Shown here: piece by piece, positions 45,817 through 54,599 of the stretch | Position numbering within the stretch: position 1 is the first letter of the stretch | How the letters are laid out: each line of letters opens with the position of its first letter | Origin: an uncultured delta proteobacterium | Lineage (GTDB): Bacteria > Desulfobacterota > RBG-13-43-22 | Length of the DNA stretch: 64,000 bases | Assembly: GCA_963711835.1 (NCBI GenBank) | Contig: CAVQFQ010000017.1 | Span: 224,001 to 288,000 of the forward strand | Direction of reading: 5' to 3' | Made by a program: the position numbers and the translations under genes | Notes under the pieces: model-generated | The model's database searches: none | What the model saw: the letters and a program-made list of their open reading frames with translations, nothing else | What the model was told of the DNA's origin: nothing

Positions 45817-45947
45817 TTTCCGGTGGCATATGGCGAAGGGAACACACCCGTTCCCATCTCGAACAGGTAAGTTAAGCCCTCCAGCGCCGATGGTACTACC
45901 TGGGCAGTCCCGCTTGGGCGGGATGGAGAGTAGGACGCTGCCGGGAA
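45817..45947 (+). pseudogene. 5S rRNA copy 2 (degenerate; palindromic insertion at 45908-45923)
   Basis: Colinear with 40794-40913; 5'-half substitutions, CGG>GGT in helix III, TCCCGC-TTGG-GCGGGA insert. Confidence 0.85.
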
Positions 45948-45954
45948 TTTTTTT

Positions 45955-45992
45955 AAGCCCGTTTTCAGTTTCGATTGAAAACGGGCTTTTTT
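45955..45992 (+). terminator. Copy of the rrn terminator
   Basis: Hairpin identical to that at 40921. Confidence 0.88.
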
Positions 45993-46088
45993 CATTTTTA
46001 TTGACATTCCTTGTCCGCTGGATAGATCTTCTACCTGGCAGCCCAATTTCCAATTCCGGTCCTGACCAAAAGCCCAGGATATTTTTTC

Positions 46089-46117
46089 GGTCACACCAGA
46101 GGGCTTCTAAGCGTCTA
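46089..46117 (+). promoter_or_regulatory. Putative ECF-sigma autoregulatory promoter
   Basis: GGTCACA-N16-CGTCTA about 35 bp upstream of the ECF gene. Confidence 0.45.
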
Positions 46118-46151
46118 AACCAATAAGAAAGGCGAAAAGAAAGAAAAAACT

Positions 46152-46991
46152 ATGGGATCCGATCTGGAATGGCTGGTAGAGGCGGCTAAAGAAGGAGATA
46201 AGGGGGCCCTGGAAGATCTTATCTCGAAGATTCAAAATAAAGTTTATGGGTTGGCCTTACGGATGCTCTATAATCCTGCCGATGCCGAAGATGCGGCTCA
46301 GGAAATTCTATTAAAAATTATTACCCGCCTGAGCACCTTCCGAGGAGAAAGCGCCTTTACCACTTGGATGTATCGGGTAGCCGTCAACCATTTATTGACC
46401 TTGCGCCGACGTCAACCCGAACTGGAGGCGGTTTCTTTTGAAGACTATGAAAAAAGCCTGGAATTGGATGCGCCTGTAGACTGGCAGGAGTCCCGCTCCA
46501 GCGCCTTGCAGCATATCTATGTGGAAGAGATCATGATCAGTTGCCTGCAAGGACTGCTGCTCTGCCTGGATAGGGACCACCGGATGGCCTTCCTCCTGGT
46601 GGAGGTTTTCGATGTCAGCAGCGAACAGGGGGCGGCCATCCTGGAGATTACCCCCGCGGCTTTCCGCAAACGTCTTTCCAGGGCCCGGGAACGGCTGCAG
46701 GATTTTCTGAGGAGAAATTGTGCGCTGATCAATCCGGACAATCCCTGCACCTGCGAACGCTATGCGCTTTCTCAGCATTACCCCGAACAAGTGGCGGAAA
46801 AAGATCTGGTTTTTGCCAGACACCCCTGCCGGCTCAAACCAGAAAGAGGGATCGTCCAGCGTATCCAGGAGATGGATGAACTGAGCCGGATTGCCGCCCT
46901 GTATAAGCAGTACCCCGATTTGCAGGCCCCGGCTACTTTGATCGAAAATATCCGAGATTTGGTCCATTCGAATAAATATGAATTACTATAA
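46152..46991 (+). CDS. ECF sigma factor with Cys-containing C-terminal extension
   Basis: DAEDAAQE, FRGESAFTTWMYRVAVN, RKRLSRARERL, NCALINPDNPCTC. Confidence 0.9.
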   Translation: MGSDLEWLVEAAKEGDKGALEDLISKIQNKVYGLALRMLYNPADAEDAAQEILLKIITRLSTFRGESAFTTWMYRVAVNHLLTLRRRQPELEAVSFEDYEKSLELDAPVDWQESRSSALQHIYVEEIMISCLQGLLLCLDRDHRMAFLLVEVFDVSSEQGAAILEITPAAFRKRLSRARERLQDFLRRNCALINPDNPCTCERYALSQHYPEQVAEKDLVFARHPCRLKPERGIVQRIQEMDELSRIAALYKQYPDLQAPATLIENIRDLVHSNKYELL

Positions 46992-47011
46992 AAAATTGAA
47001 AGGAGCTTCCC

Positions 47012-47359
47012 ATGGAAAAGATGATTGCGGTCTGCGGAATTGAGTGCCACCAATGCCCGACCTTTTTGGCCACCCGAGAAAACGATGACCTCAAGAGGAA
47101 GGAGGTCGCGGAAATGTGGTCCAAGGATTTTAAGGCAGAAATCAAACCGGAAGACATCAATTGCGAAGGCTGCACCTCCGGTAAAGAGCGGCTTTTCAGC
47201 CATTGTCATGTTTGTGAAATAAGAAAATGCGGCCGGGAAAAACAGTTGCAGAACTGCGCCTACTGCGCTGACTATATCTGCTCCAAATTAAATGGATTGT
47301 TTCAAATGATCCCCCAGGGTAAAGTGGTTTTGGATGAAATTAGGAAAGGTCTGTCCTGA
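47012..47359 (+). CDS. DUF3795-like Cys-rich protein
   Basis: CGIECHQCP, CEGC, CEIRKC, NCAYCADYIC. Confidence 0.8.
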   Translation: MEKMIAVCGIECHQCPTFLATRENDDLKRKEVAEMWSKDFKAEIKPEDINCEGCTSGKERLFSHCHVCEIRKCGREKQLQNCAYCADYICSKLNGLFQMIPQGKVVLDEIRKGLS

Positions 47360-47388
47360 TGATACCCGGCCACGAAGGGGGAAATTAT

Positions 47389-47952
47389 ATGGCATTTCGA
47401 AAGACGATCGCTTTTGAAGCCCCTGGTTTCAGTCAGGCGCTGCTTGCTGCGGCACCGGCTTTGGATCGTGCCGAGAAGATGATGCTGTACGGACAGTTCA
47501 TCGGATCTTGGGAGGGAACAGTTATTGTCCACCGCCCGGACGGTCAACGTTTCGAGAACTCCTGCGAAGTCCATTTTGGTTGGATACTCGGGGGCCGTGC
47601 CATCCAAGACGTTTGGATCGCGCCTTCCCGCCAGACGAGGGTCCCCGGAGCGGAAGACGGGATGTATGGCACCACCTTGAGAGTCTACGATCCGAAGCAG
47701 GATCAGTGGGAGATCACCTGGATCGATCCGGTCCGGCGAAACTTCAACAGAATGCTTGGTCGCCCGGTGGGGAATGAGATAATACAGGAATATCGTGATG
47801 AAACCGGGAATATCTGCCAATGGTGTTTCACGGATATTCACCCGGATTCGTTTCATTGGATCAGCCGCGAATCCAAAGACGAACGAATAACGTGGAACCT
47901 GACCGCTGAGTTTTTTCTTCATCGACGGGATGAGGATACCAGTCGGACCTGA
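47389..47952 (+). CDS. Hypothetical protein (beta-barrel, DUF1579-like)
   Basis: YGQFIGSWEG...FGWILGGRAIQDVW...YGTTLRVYDP. Confidence 0.7.
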   Translation: MAFRKTIAFEAPGFSQALLAAAPALDRAEKMMLYGQFIGSWEGTVIVHRPDGQRFENSCEVHFGWILGGRAIQDVWIAPSRQTRVPGAEDGMYGTTLRVYDPKQDQWEITWIDPVRRNFNRMLGRPVGNEIIQEYRDETGNICQWCFTDIHPDSFHWISRESKDERITWNLTAEFFLHRRDEDTSRT

Positions 47953-47972
47953 CGCAGGAAGGAACTGTTGAT

Positions 47973-49142
47973 ATGGACCAGGCTTCATTCTGTCTTTTCG
48001 AGACACCGCTCGGTCCTTGGGGGATCGCCTGGAAAGAACCGGCCACAGCGCCCCGGGCGCCGGTGGTGACCTTTATCCAGCTTCCCGAAGCGACCAGGGC
48101 CCTGACCGAAAAACGTATCGCCGAAAGGTCCGGGGGGCGCAGGACGCGCTTAATACCGACCGGCATTGCCGGGATCATTGAAAGAATCCAGAAGCATCTG
48201 CAGGGGCATCTCCAGGATTTTCAGGACATCGCCGTAGATCTGAACAGCGCAGCACCTTTTTCCAAGCAGGTATACGAAGGGGCCCGAAAAATTCCGGCAG
48301 GGCGAACCGTAACCTACGGCGCTCTGGCGAAGGAGATCAATCGACCCATGGCTTCCCGAGCCGTAGGGCAGGCTTTGGGCAGGAATCCCATCCCCTTAAT
48401 CATCCCCTGCCATCGGATTCTGGCTTCAGGTAATAAAGCGGGGGGATTTTCCGCACCGGGCGGAGTAACCACCAAAGGCAGGCTGCTGTCCATCGAAGGG
48501 GTTACGCTCGGTGGCCCGATTACGATTAAATCGAAAAAAGACCTGCTCCGGGCGGCCTCGTTATTGAAAAAACAGGATCCGCGCCTGATCGATTGTCTGG
48601 ATAAGCCGATTGAATTCCATTTGCGACCGGGCCATTCTCCCTATGCCACCTTGATCGAAGCCGTGGTGCACCAGCAATTGTCGCCCAAAGCCGCAGCGAC
48701 GATCCTGGGCCGGGTGATGAATCTTTATCCGGATCAGAAAATTCCCAATCCCGCTGAGTTGCTGAAGACCAAAGATGAACTCTTAAGGAAGGAGGGCTTG
48801 TCCCAGGCGAAAATCAAAGCGGTAAAAGATATTGCCCTAAAGACAGTGGAGGGGACCGTACCTTCAGCAAAAGAGATCGTTAAGCTCGGCAATGAAGAGA
48901 TCATCAAAAGGCTCACTTCCATATATGGGGTAGGTCTCTGGACCGTAGAGATGATGCTGATCTTCAACCTGGGGCGTCAGGATGTCCTCCCAGTGGATGA
49001 TTACGCCCTTAGAAAGAGTATATCGGGAGTATTCGGCATGAAGGAAGTTCCCACGCCGAAACAAGTGGCCGCCCTGGGCGAGTTATGGCGGCCCTATCGC
49101 ACAGCGGCAGCGTTGTATCTCTGGAACAGCATCAATTCGTGA
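47973..49142 (+). CDS. Fusion of O6-methylguanine-DNA methyltransferase (Ogt) and AlkA-type 3-methyladenine glycosylase
   Basis: IPAGRTVTYG, RAVGQAL, IIPCHR; then VVHQQLS..AA.TI, HhH GVGLWTVEM, LPVDD, WRPYRTAA. Confidence 0.9.
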   Translation: MDQASFCLFETPLGPWGIAWKEPATAPRAPVVTFIQLPEATRALTEKRIAERSGGRRTRLIPTGIAGIIERIQKHLQGHLQDFQDIAVDLNSAAPFSKQVYEGARKIPAGRTVTYGALAKEINRPMASRAVGQALGRNPIPLIIPCHRILASGNKAGGFSAPGGVTTKGRLLSIEGVTLGGPITIKSKKDLLRAASLLKKQDPRLIDCLDKPIEFHLRPGHSPYATLIEAVVHQQLSPKAAATILGRVMNLYPDQKIPNPAELLKTKDELLRKEGLSQAKIKAVKDIALKTVEGTVPSAKEIVKLGNEEIIKRLTSIYGVGLWTVEMMLIFNLGRQDVLPVDDYALRKSISGVFGMKEVPTPKQVAALGELWRPYRTAAALYLWNSINS

Positions 49143-49191
49143 TTCCGAATCCAACGGAAAATTAATGGGGACGGTTCTCTTTATTTTCATT

Positions 49192-49311
49192 TTACTGGTG
49201 GCGATAGCGAAGGGGCCACACCCGTTCCCATCCCGAAAAGGTCAGTTAAGCCCTTCAGCGCCGATGGTACTACCTGGGCAGCTGGGTGGGAGAGTAGGAC
49301 GCTGCCGGGAA
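49192..49311 (+). pseudogene. 5S rRNA copy 3 (variant 5' half, 3' half identical to the operon copy)
   Basis: GGTGGCGATAGCGAAGGGG...CCGAAAAGGTCAGTTAAGC..., identical to copy 1 from GTTAAGCC onward. Confidence 0.85.
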
Positions 49312-49318
49312 TTTTTTT

Positions 49319-49356
49319 AAGCCCGTTTTCAGTTTCGATTGAAAACGGGCTTTTTT
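49319..49356 (+). terminator. Copy of the rrn terminator
   Basis: Hairpin identical to that at 40921. Confidence 0.88.
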
Positions 49357-49455
49357 GTATCCCTTTCGAGAGAGGGTTAAGAGAGTCTTTGAGCCGTGAA
49401 TTTAAAAGGTTGTTTCAACCTGAGGATATTTTCCGGATGGCAAAGTGTCGAATCA

Positions 49456-49860
49456 TTACAGGAACTTTACCATTTTGAGCCCCCTCACTTTTTCAAATAA
49501 CTTCTTGTCGAAGGTGACAAAATCACATCCTAATTTTTTCGCCAATTCAATATAAGAGGCATCATACAGAGTTATCTGAAATCTTCTGGATAAGTTCAGG
49601 CCGCTTAAGAATTCATCCCAGCCCAGGCTGAAGACCTCCAAATCAAAGTTCCATAACAAGGAAAAAGCCTCGGAAGCGGTTTCGTTACCGAGGGATGTTT
49701 TCGTGGCCAGAACATTGCCTATTTCATAAAAAAACAATTCGGGAACGGCAATAACTTCCTCACCCGATATATGCCTGTCCCGATATCGGACGGCCCGATC
49801 CTCTCCTTCTTCGTCCGTGAAAATCCACTTTAGGGCTATTGAAGCGTCAAGAACGATCAT
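49456..49860 (-). CDS. VapC PIN-domain toxin
   Basis: MIVLDASIALKW, FYEIGNVL, ITLYDASYIELA, FVTFDKKL. Confidence 0.9.
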   Translation of the reverse strand: MIVLDASIALKWIFTDEEGEDRAVRYRDRHISGEEVIAVPELFFYEIGNVLATKTSLGNETASEAFSLLWNFDLEVFSLGWDEFLSGLNLSRRFQITLYDASYIELAKKLGCDFVTFDKKLFEKVRGLKMVKFL

Positions 49861-50134
49861 GACCGTTCCGGATATCCCTGACCGCCTGAACAGTATCAAT
49901 GGGTCTGGTTTCCAATTGATGGTGCTTTTTCCACTCATCCATCCGTACGGATATCTTTTTAAGACGCCCTTCTCTGTTTTTTCTTAATACTTTTTCCTCG
50001 AAATCTTCAACAGAAATGATAACCGCCATGGGTTTATTCGCCCGGGAGATTACTACCGGTTCTTTCTGTTGCGAAACCTCGTTTAAAACGGTTCCCAGTT
50101 TCTTCCTCAAATCAAGGGCCGAGATGGTTTTCAT
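49847..50134 (-). CDS. Phd/YefM family antitoxin
   Basis: MKTISALDLRKKLGTVLNEV...VVISRANKPMAVIISVEDF. Confidence 0.9.
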   Translation of the reverse strand: MKTISALDLRKKLGTVLNEVSQQKEPVVISRANKPMAVIISVEDFEEKVLRKNREGRLKKISVRMDEWKKHHQLETRPIDTVQAVRDIRNGHDRS

Positions 50135-50194
50135 CCCCCAGACCTCCGCTTAGATTTTTTATTTGAATTTTGAATAAACTTTCTTATGTAATGC

Positions 50195-50208
50195 TATGCT
50201 ATAGCATA
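50195..50208. promoter_or_regulatory. Perfect 14-bp palindrome, likely TA operator
   Basis: TATGCTATAGCATA about 60 bp upstream of the antitoxin. Confidence 0.45.
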
Positions 50209-50233
50209 TACTATGATAATAACTATGTCAATA

Positions 50234-50308
50234 TGTCTATTCCGGACCAAAGTGACCACCGATTCCGGCGGGAAACTGACCAGTAATTTCAGTGGTCCGG
50301 AATAGACA
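50234..50308. mobile_element. 75-bp internally deleted IS21-family-like element
   Basis: TG...CA ends, perfect 16-bp IR TGTCTATTCCGGACCA, subterminal repeats (ATTCCGG..AAAGTGACCA / ATTCCGG..AAACTGACCA); no transposase. Confidence 0.75.
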
Positions 50309-50312
50309 GGTT

Positions 50313-50465
50313 ATGGGTTTGGATCATTTTCAACTTGAAAACCGAAGTAGGGTCCTCCATCAGGCGATTGCCGAACGATTGAAAAGGGATCCGGGGCTGT
50401 TGAATGTGGCCAAAGAAACTTTACATAGGATGCTGCCGGGATTTTTTTGGCCCTATTGCGAATGA
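50313..50465 (+). pseudogene. Truncated hypothetical gene interrupted by a 5S 3'-end remnant
   Basis: MGLDHFQLENRSRVLHQAIAERLKRDPGLLNVAKETLHR, then reads into TAGGATGCTGCCGGG. Confidence 0.5.
50426..50453 (+). repeat. Remnant of the 5S rRNA 3' end and terminator start (copy 4)
   Basis: TAGGATGCTGCCGGGATTTTTTTGGCCC versus TAGGACGCTGCCGGGAATTTTTTTAAGCCC; followed by GGGGCCTTTTTTT. Confidence 0.65.
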
Positions 50466-50588
50466 GCTGGGAAGGGGCCTTTTTTTATGACTACCCCCGG
50501 CCCTGGACAACCTGGAACTAATGATTTAACTTTATCAAATAAAGACAGGGTTAAGGTCTGAACCGTAAAAAGGAAGGAGACTCAAGGT

Positions 50589-51095
50589 ATGGCTAATGCG
50601 GAAAGTATTCAATATGCGGAAGGATTTCGACAGAAGGTAAACGAATTCAAAAAGGTCTGCCAGGGGCTGAACGAAGAAACAGCCTCCAGTGCCCCGGGGG
50701 ATCGCTGGTCGCCGAAGCAGATTATTTCCCACCTTCTGGGCCCTGAGGGGATAGGCATGTTTCCCAGTATCAAGGCCTTCCTGGATCAGGATACGCCTCG
50801 GTTGGATATGGAGGCCGAGAACCCTTTCTTTACCGAAGCACGGAAACGGATGCCCTTTGGAGAACTTTTTGCGGAGTTCGAAAAAGAATACGGTCGGATT
50901 GCCGATCTGGTGGCTGGTTTGTCTGCGGAGCAGCTCAAGCGAAAGGCCCGCATCCCCATGCTCAAGGAAACCCCCATAGGTGAATATCCCACCTTGAAGG
51001 ATTGGATCGCTGCCCTTGGAGATTACCATCTGGACTTTCATTTGGACCATCTGAAGGAAATTTTACAGGCCCTGGAAGTTACAGCCGGGAAGTAA
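50589..51095 (+). CDS. DinB/YfiT-like four-helix protein
   Basis: RWSPKQIISHL...YHLDFHLDHL. Confidence 0.8.
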   Translation: MANAESIQYAEGFRQKVNEFKKVCQGLNEETASSAPGDRWSPKQIISHLLGPEGIGMFPSIKAFLDQDTPRLDMEAENPFFTEARKRMPFGELFAEFEKEYGRIADLVAGLSAEQLKRKARIPMLKETPIGEYPTLKDWIAALGDYHLDFHLDHLKEILQALEVTAGK

Positions 51096-51506
51096 GAAGG
51101 CCGGACAACACATCCCGATTTCAAGACCATCCCAAAGTGGGCCAAGACCCAGGTAGAGCTTAACCATCTAAATAGGTTTGAAGCCAAACATTTATTCAAA
51201 CATTAAACCAACCCTGGCCTTGCGCTTACGGGGGATAACCGGGAGTGAGCAAAGGCCGCCGAAGAAATCCCAATTAAAAACGCCTACCTAACTCCTTTAA
51301 CCTTTTATCGGTCCATCAGACCGATTCCATCCAATTTAAAAATCCCTACCTGTTGAGGGGTTGACTCGAAAATTAATCCTGTTGCAAAGTCTGCCATTCT
51401 GGTTTAAGGGTATCCGACGTCTAAGAAGACCTTGAAGCTTTAATTATAGTAAAGGGGTCTCTTTGCCGAACAAATTTAAAAAGTGATAATTCAAGGAGAT
51501 ACACAT

Positions 51507-52343
51507 ATGAATAGAAAGGTTAGCGTTTACTCGATCTTGCTGGTGGTTCTTTTCTCTTTCTGTTTGCTGCCGTTTGATGGGTGGACGGCCTGCAGCCCGG
51601 CTCCCTCCGGGATGGTTTCCTGGTGGCGGGCTGAAGGGGATGCCAGGGACTTCTGGGACGGCAACCACGGCACCCTCCAAAACGGGGTCGCTTTCGCTGC
51701 CGGGAAGGTAGGCCAAGCTTTCAGTTTTGACGGGGATAATGATACTATTTTTGTTCCCAACACCCTGAACATCGACGGGGGGGCGCAGGCTACGTACATG
51801 GCTTGGGTATACCCAAAAGCGACCCCTGCTGCTGGAAACTATTTCGGCCTTTTAGGGGTGGGAGATTCGACCCAACCGGTATGGACAACCCAACAATGCC
51901 GTCTCCTCTACTTCACGACGGACGATTCTCCTGTTGGAATGGCAAAATTTTACATGGATTGCGGAACAAACGATTCTGAACCCTCATACAAAACACGGTA
52001 TTCCGCCAATGACTATTCGATTAATCGATGGCATTCGGTTACCGGGGTTTTTAACAACGGGGCCTTGGACATCTATGTAAATGGAGTCCTCGACAATGGG
52101 ACAGAAGGTGGTTTAAGTCCGGGAACATTTATAAACACCGACGCCAACACCTATGTTTGGATGGGAGCAGAGGTTCGATTTGATCAGACTTCTTTTTTTG
52201 TTCCTTTTAATGGTCTTGTCGATGAGGCGGCTATTTATAACCGGGCTTTGACCGCCAATGAACTCTCCGCCATTTACAATGCCGGCAGCGCTGGGATCTG
52301 TGCGGTGAAGACGATCTATTTACCCCTGATCCTGAAAAATTAG
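51507..52343 (+). CDS. Secreted LamG/concanavalin-like jellyroll protein
   Basis: Signal peptide; MVSWWRAEG, GKVGQAFSFDG, WHSVTGV, IYVNG, FNGLVDEAAIYNRAL; ends IYLPLILKN. Confidence 0.85.
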   Translation: MNRKVSVYSILLVVLFSFCLLPFDGWTACSPAPSGMVSWWRAEGDARDFWDGNHGTLQNGVAFAAGKVGQAFSFDGDNDTIFVPNTLNIDGGAQATYMAWVYPKATPAAGNYFGLLGVGDSTQPVWTTQQCRLLYFTTDDSPVGMAKFYMDCGTNDSEPSYKTRYSANDYSINRWHSVTGVFNNGALDIYVNGVLDNGTEGGLSPGTFINTDANTYVWMGAEVRFDQTSFFVPFNGLVDEAAIYNRALTANELSAIYNAGSAGICAVKTIYLPLILKN

Positions 52344-52632
52344 TCAGATTTATTATTCCTCATTTTTCCCTTGACTCGGATCCTCAATCCATTTTAGCAT
52401 GAGGTCCTTTCATAAGGATTTCCCATTAAATCAAATTGTTATTAGAAAAAACGCAATCAATTCCATTATCACCACCGAAATAGCCAGACTTCAGGGGTGA
52501 TTGAAACCCTGATTTTTCGTTGCTTCAACGATAGATACATCCGCTGCATAAAGTGCCGGCAGCACAGTCAAGCCATTCCAAGCTTTAATTAAAATCAGAA
52601 ACCCTTTCCTGCTCGACAGCCTCGAGGTAACC

Positions 52633-53520
52633 TTGGATCTGATCAACGAAGTGTTGCAGACCATTTTATCCGGTGTATCCATTGGTTGCGTTTATGGACT
52701 GGTGGCCCTGGGATTTGTCTTAATCTTCAAGGCTACAGAGGTCATCAATTTTGCCCAGGGCGAACTCCTCATGCTCGGGGCTTTCATCAGCTACAGCCTG
52801 ATCACTTTCCTTCATTTCCCTTATTGGGCGGCCTTGCTGGCGACGATCTTCCTCATGGGCCTTTTCGGCCTGGCGCTCGAAAGGACGGTTTTGCGCTCTT
52901 TGGTCGGTGAGCCGGTCTATGCCATCGTCATCGTCACCATCGGCATCTCGTTTTTCTTAAGAAGCGTTGTCAGCATGATCCCCGGCTGGGGAACGGACAC
53001 TCACGGGTTTCAAACCCCTTTTACGGAGCAGTTTGTGCGGACCGGCCCATTGGTCATCTCCTGGGAGTATCTGTCCATCATCTTGATGACTACCGCCCTG
53101 ATCTTGATTCTCTTTTCCTTTTTTCGCTTTACCCGGATCGGCACGGCCATGCGGGCCACATCGCAAAACCAACTGGCGGCCGTTTACATGGGTATCAGCG
53201 TGACCAAGGTGTTTTCCCTCACCTGGACGATCGCCGCGGCCCTGGGCGGAATCGGGGGAATCCTGTTGTCGCCGATTACCTTTGTTCACATGAACATGGG
53301 ATTTATCGGACTTAAAGCCTTTCCGGCCGCCGTCCTGGGCGGCTTCGGCAGTCTTCCCGGGGCCATTGTCGGCGGACTCATTATCGGTATCAGCGAAAGC
53401 CTGTCCGGCTATTATTTGCCGGAAGGTTGGAAAGACGTTGCCGCCTGGATCATCCTGATCGGCGTTTTGATTGTTCGTCCCCAGGGTCTGTTCGGGATTC
53501 AGGAGAAGAAAAAGGTCTAA
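52633..53520 (+). CDS. Branched-chain amino acid-type ABC permease (LivH-like)
   Basis: YGLVALG, INFAQGE, TRIGTAMRA, AVLGGFGS. Confidence 0.92.
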   Translation: MDLINEVLQTILSGVSIGCVYGLVALGFVLIFKATEVINFAQGELLMLGAFISYSLITFLHFPYWAALLATIFLMGLFGLALERTVLRSLVGEPVYAIVIVTIGISFFLRSVVSMIPGWGTDTHGFQTPFTEQFVRTGPLVISWEYLSIILMTTALILILFSFFRFTRIGTAMRATSQNQLAAVYMGISVTKVFSLTWTIAAALGGIGGILLSPITFVHMNMGFIGLKAFPAAVLGGFGSLPGAIVGGLIIGISESLSGYYLPEGWKDVAAWIILIGVLIVRPQGLFGIQEKKKV

Positions 53521-53525
53521 CCCTC

Positions 53526-54599
53526 ATGCGCTTTGTCATGAAAACCCATTATGTTCAGGATATCCGGCTTTTTAAATACCGGAGCACCTTTTTCTGGTAC
53601 CTGGCCCTGGTTATCGGCTGCTTTATTCTGCCCGGGCTGTTGGATGACTATTTGATTTCCCAGTTGACTTTTATCTGCGTCTACGCCGTGGCGGCCGTAG
53701 GCCTGATGCTTCTAACCGGTTACACCGGGCAGGTCTCCATGGGTCACGCCGCCTTTTTTGCCATCGGTTCCTACGTCTCCGCCATTCTTACTTCCAAAGG
53801 GATCCCCTTTTTGCTGTCCTTGCCGGCCGCCGGCGTTTTTGCCGGGGCGGTCGGGATTATCGTCGGACGTCCCATTCTTCATCTGACCGGGCTTTACCTG
53901 GCCATTGCCACCATGGGTTTTGCTTTTATCGTGGGTGAGATTTTGGTCCGCTGGGAGAGCCTGACCAAAGGCAACATGGGTTTTTCAGTGGCTCCCCCTT
54001 CCATCGGACCCCTGGTATTCGATAGCGAAACCCGTTTTTACTACTTAGCGATCGTGGTCCTGATTCTTTCCCTCCTGGCGGCCCGAAACATTCTACGCGC
54101 CCCCAGCGGAAGGGCCATGATCGCCATCCGCGACAGCGAGGTGGCGGCCGAAAGCCTGGGTATCAACCTGGCTAAGTTTAAAACCATGGCCTTTGCCGTC
54201 AGCGCCTTTTTTACCGGCCTGGCCGGCAGTCTCTATGCCCATAAAATACTGTTTATCAATCCCGAAAGTTATACCATCATCCTCTCCATTGAGCTGCTGG
54301 CCATGGTCATCATCGGCGGGTTGGGCAGTCTCCATGGGGCGGTATTCGGGGCGGCCTTTTTTATTTTCCTTCCCCAGTCCATCATTATGACCAAGGACTA
54401 TATGCCGGTCTATCTTCAAAACCAAACCGGTCTGGAAGGGGCGCTGTTCGGATTGCTGATCATTTTGGTCATGCTCTTGGAGCCCATGGGCCTTTACGGG
54501 AGATGGCTGAAAACCCGGTTTTATTTTGAAATGTTTCCCCTCTACAAAAAAGATTCCTTTAAAAGAGAAAAGAAATACCAGAAGGCGGAAAGGCGTTAG
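53526..54599 (+). CDS. ABC permease (LivM-like)
   Basis: GYTGQVSMGHAAF, GRAMIAIRDSE, IIGGLGS. Confidence 0.92.
   Translation: MRFVMKTHYVQDIRLFKYRSTFFWYLALVIGCFILPGLLDDYLISQLTFICVYAVAAVGLMLLTGYTGQVSMGHAAFFAIGSYVSAILTSKGIPFLLSLPAAGVFAGAVGIIVGRPILHLTGLYLAIATMGFAFIVGEILVRWESLTKGNMGFSVAPPSIGPLVFDSETRFYYLAIVVLILSLLAARNILRAPSGRAMIAIRDSEVAAESLGINLAKFKTMAFAVSAFFTGLAGSLYAHKILFINPESYTIILSIELLAMVIIGGLGSLHGAVFGAAFFIFLPQSIIMTKDYMPVYLQNQTGLEGALFGLLIILVMLLEPMGLYGRWLKTRFYFEMFPLYKKDSFKREKKYQKAERR

Noticed and set aside
45772-46126. ORFs over 5S copy 2
   Set aside because: Translations of the 5S and terminator sequence.
45817-49356. Extra 5S copies as simple assembly duplications or further rrn operons
   Set aside because: The copies differ from each other and from copy 1, and are not preceded by 23S sequence; read-level confirmation is still advisable.
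51100-51480. Riboswitch upstream of the LamG gene
   Set aside because: A hairpin is present (~51217-51258) but I could not match a c-di-GMP or other aptamer consensus.
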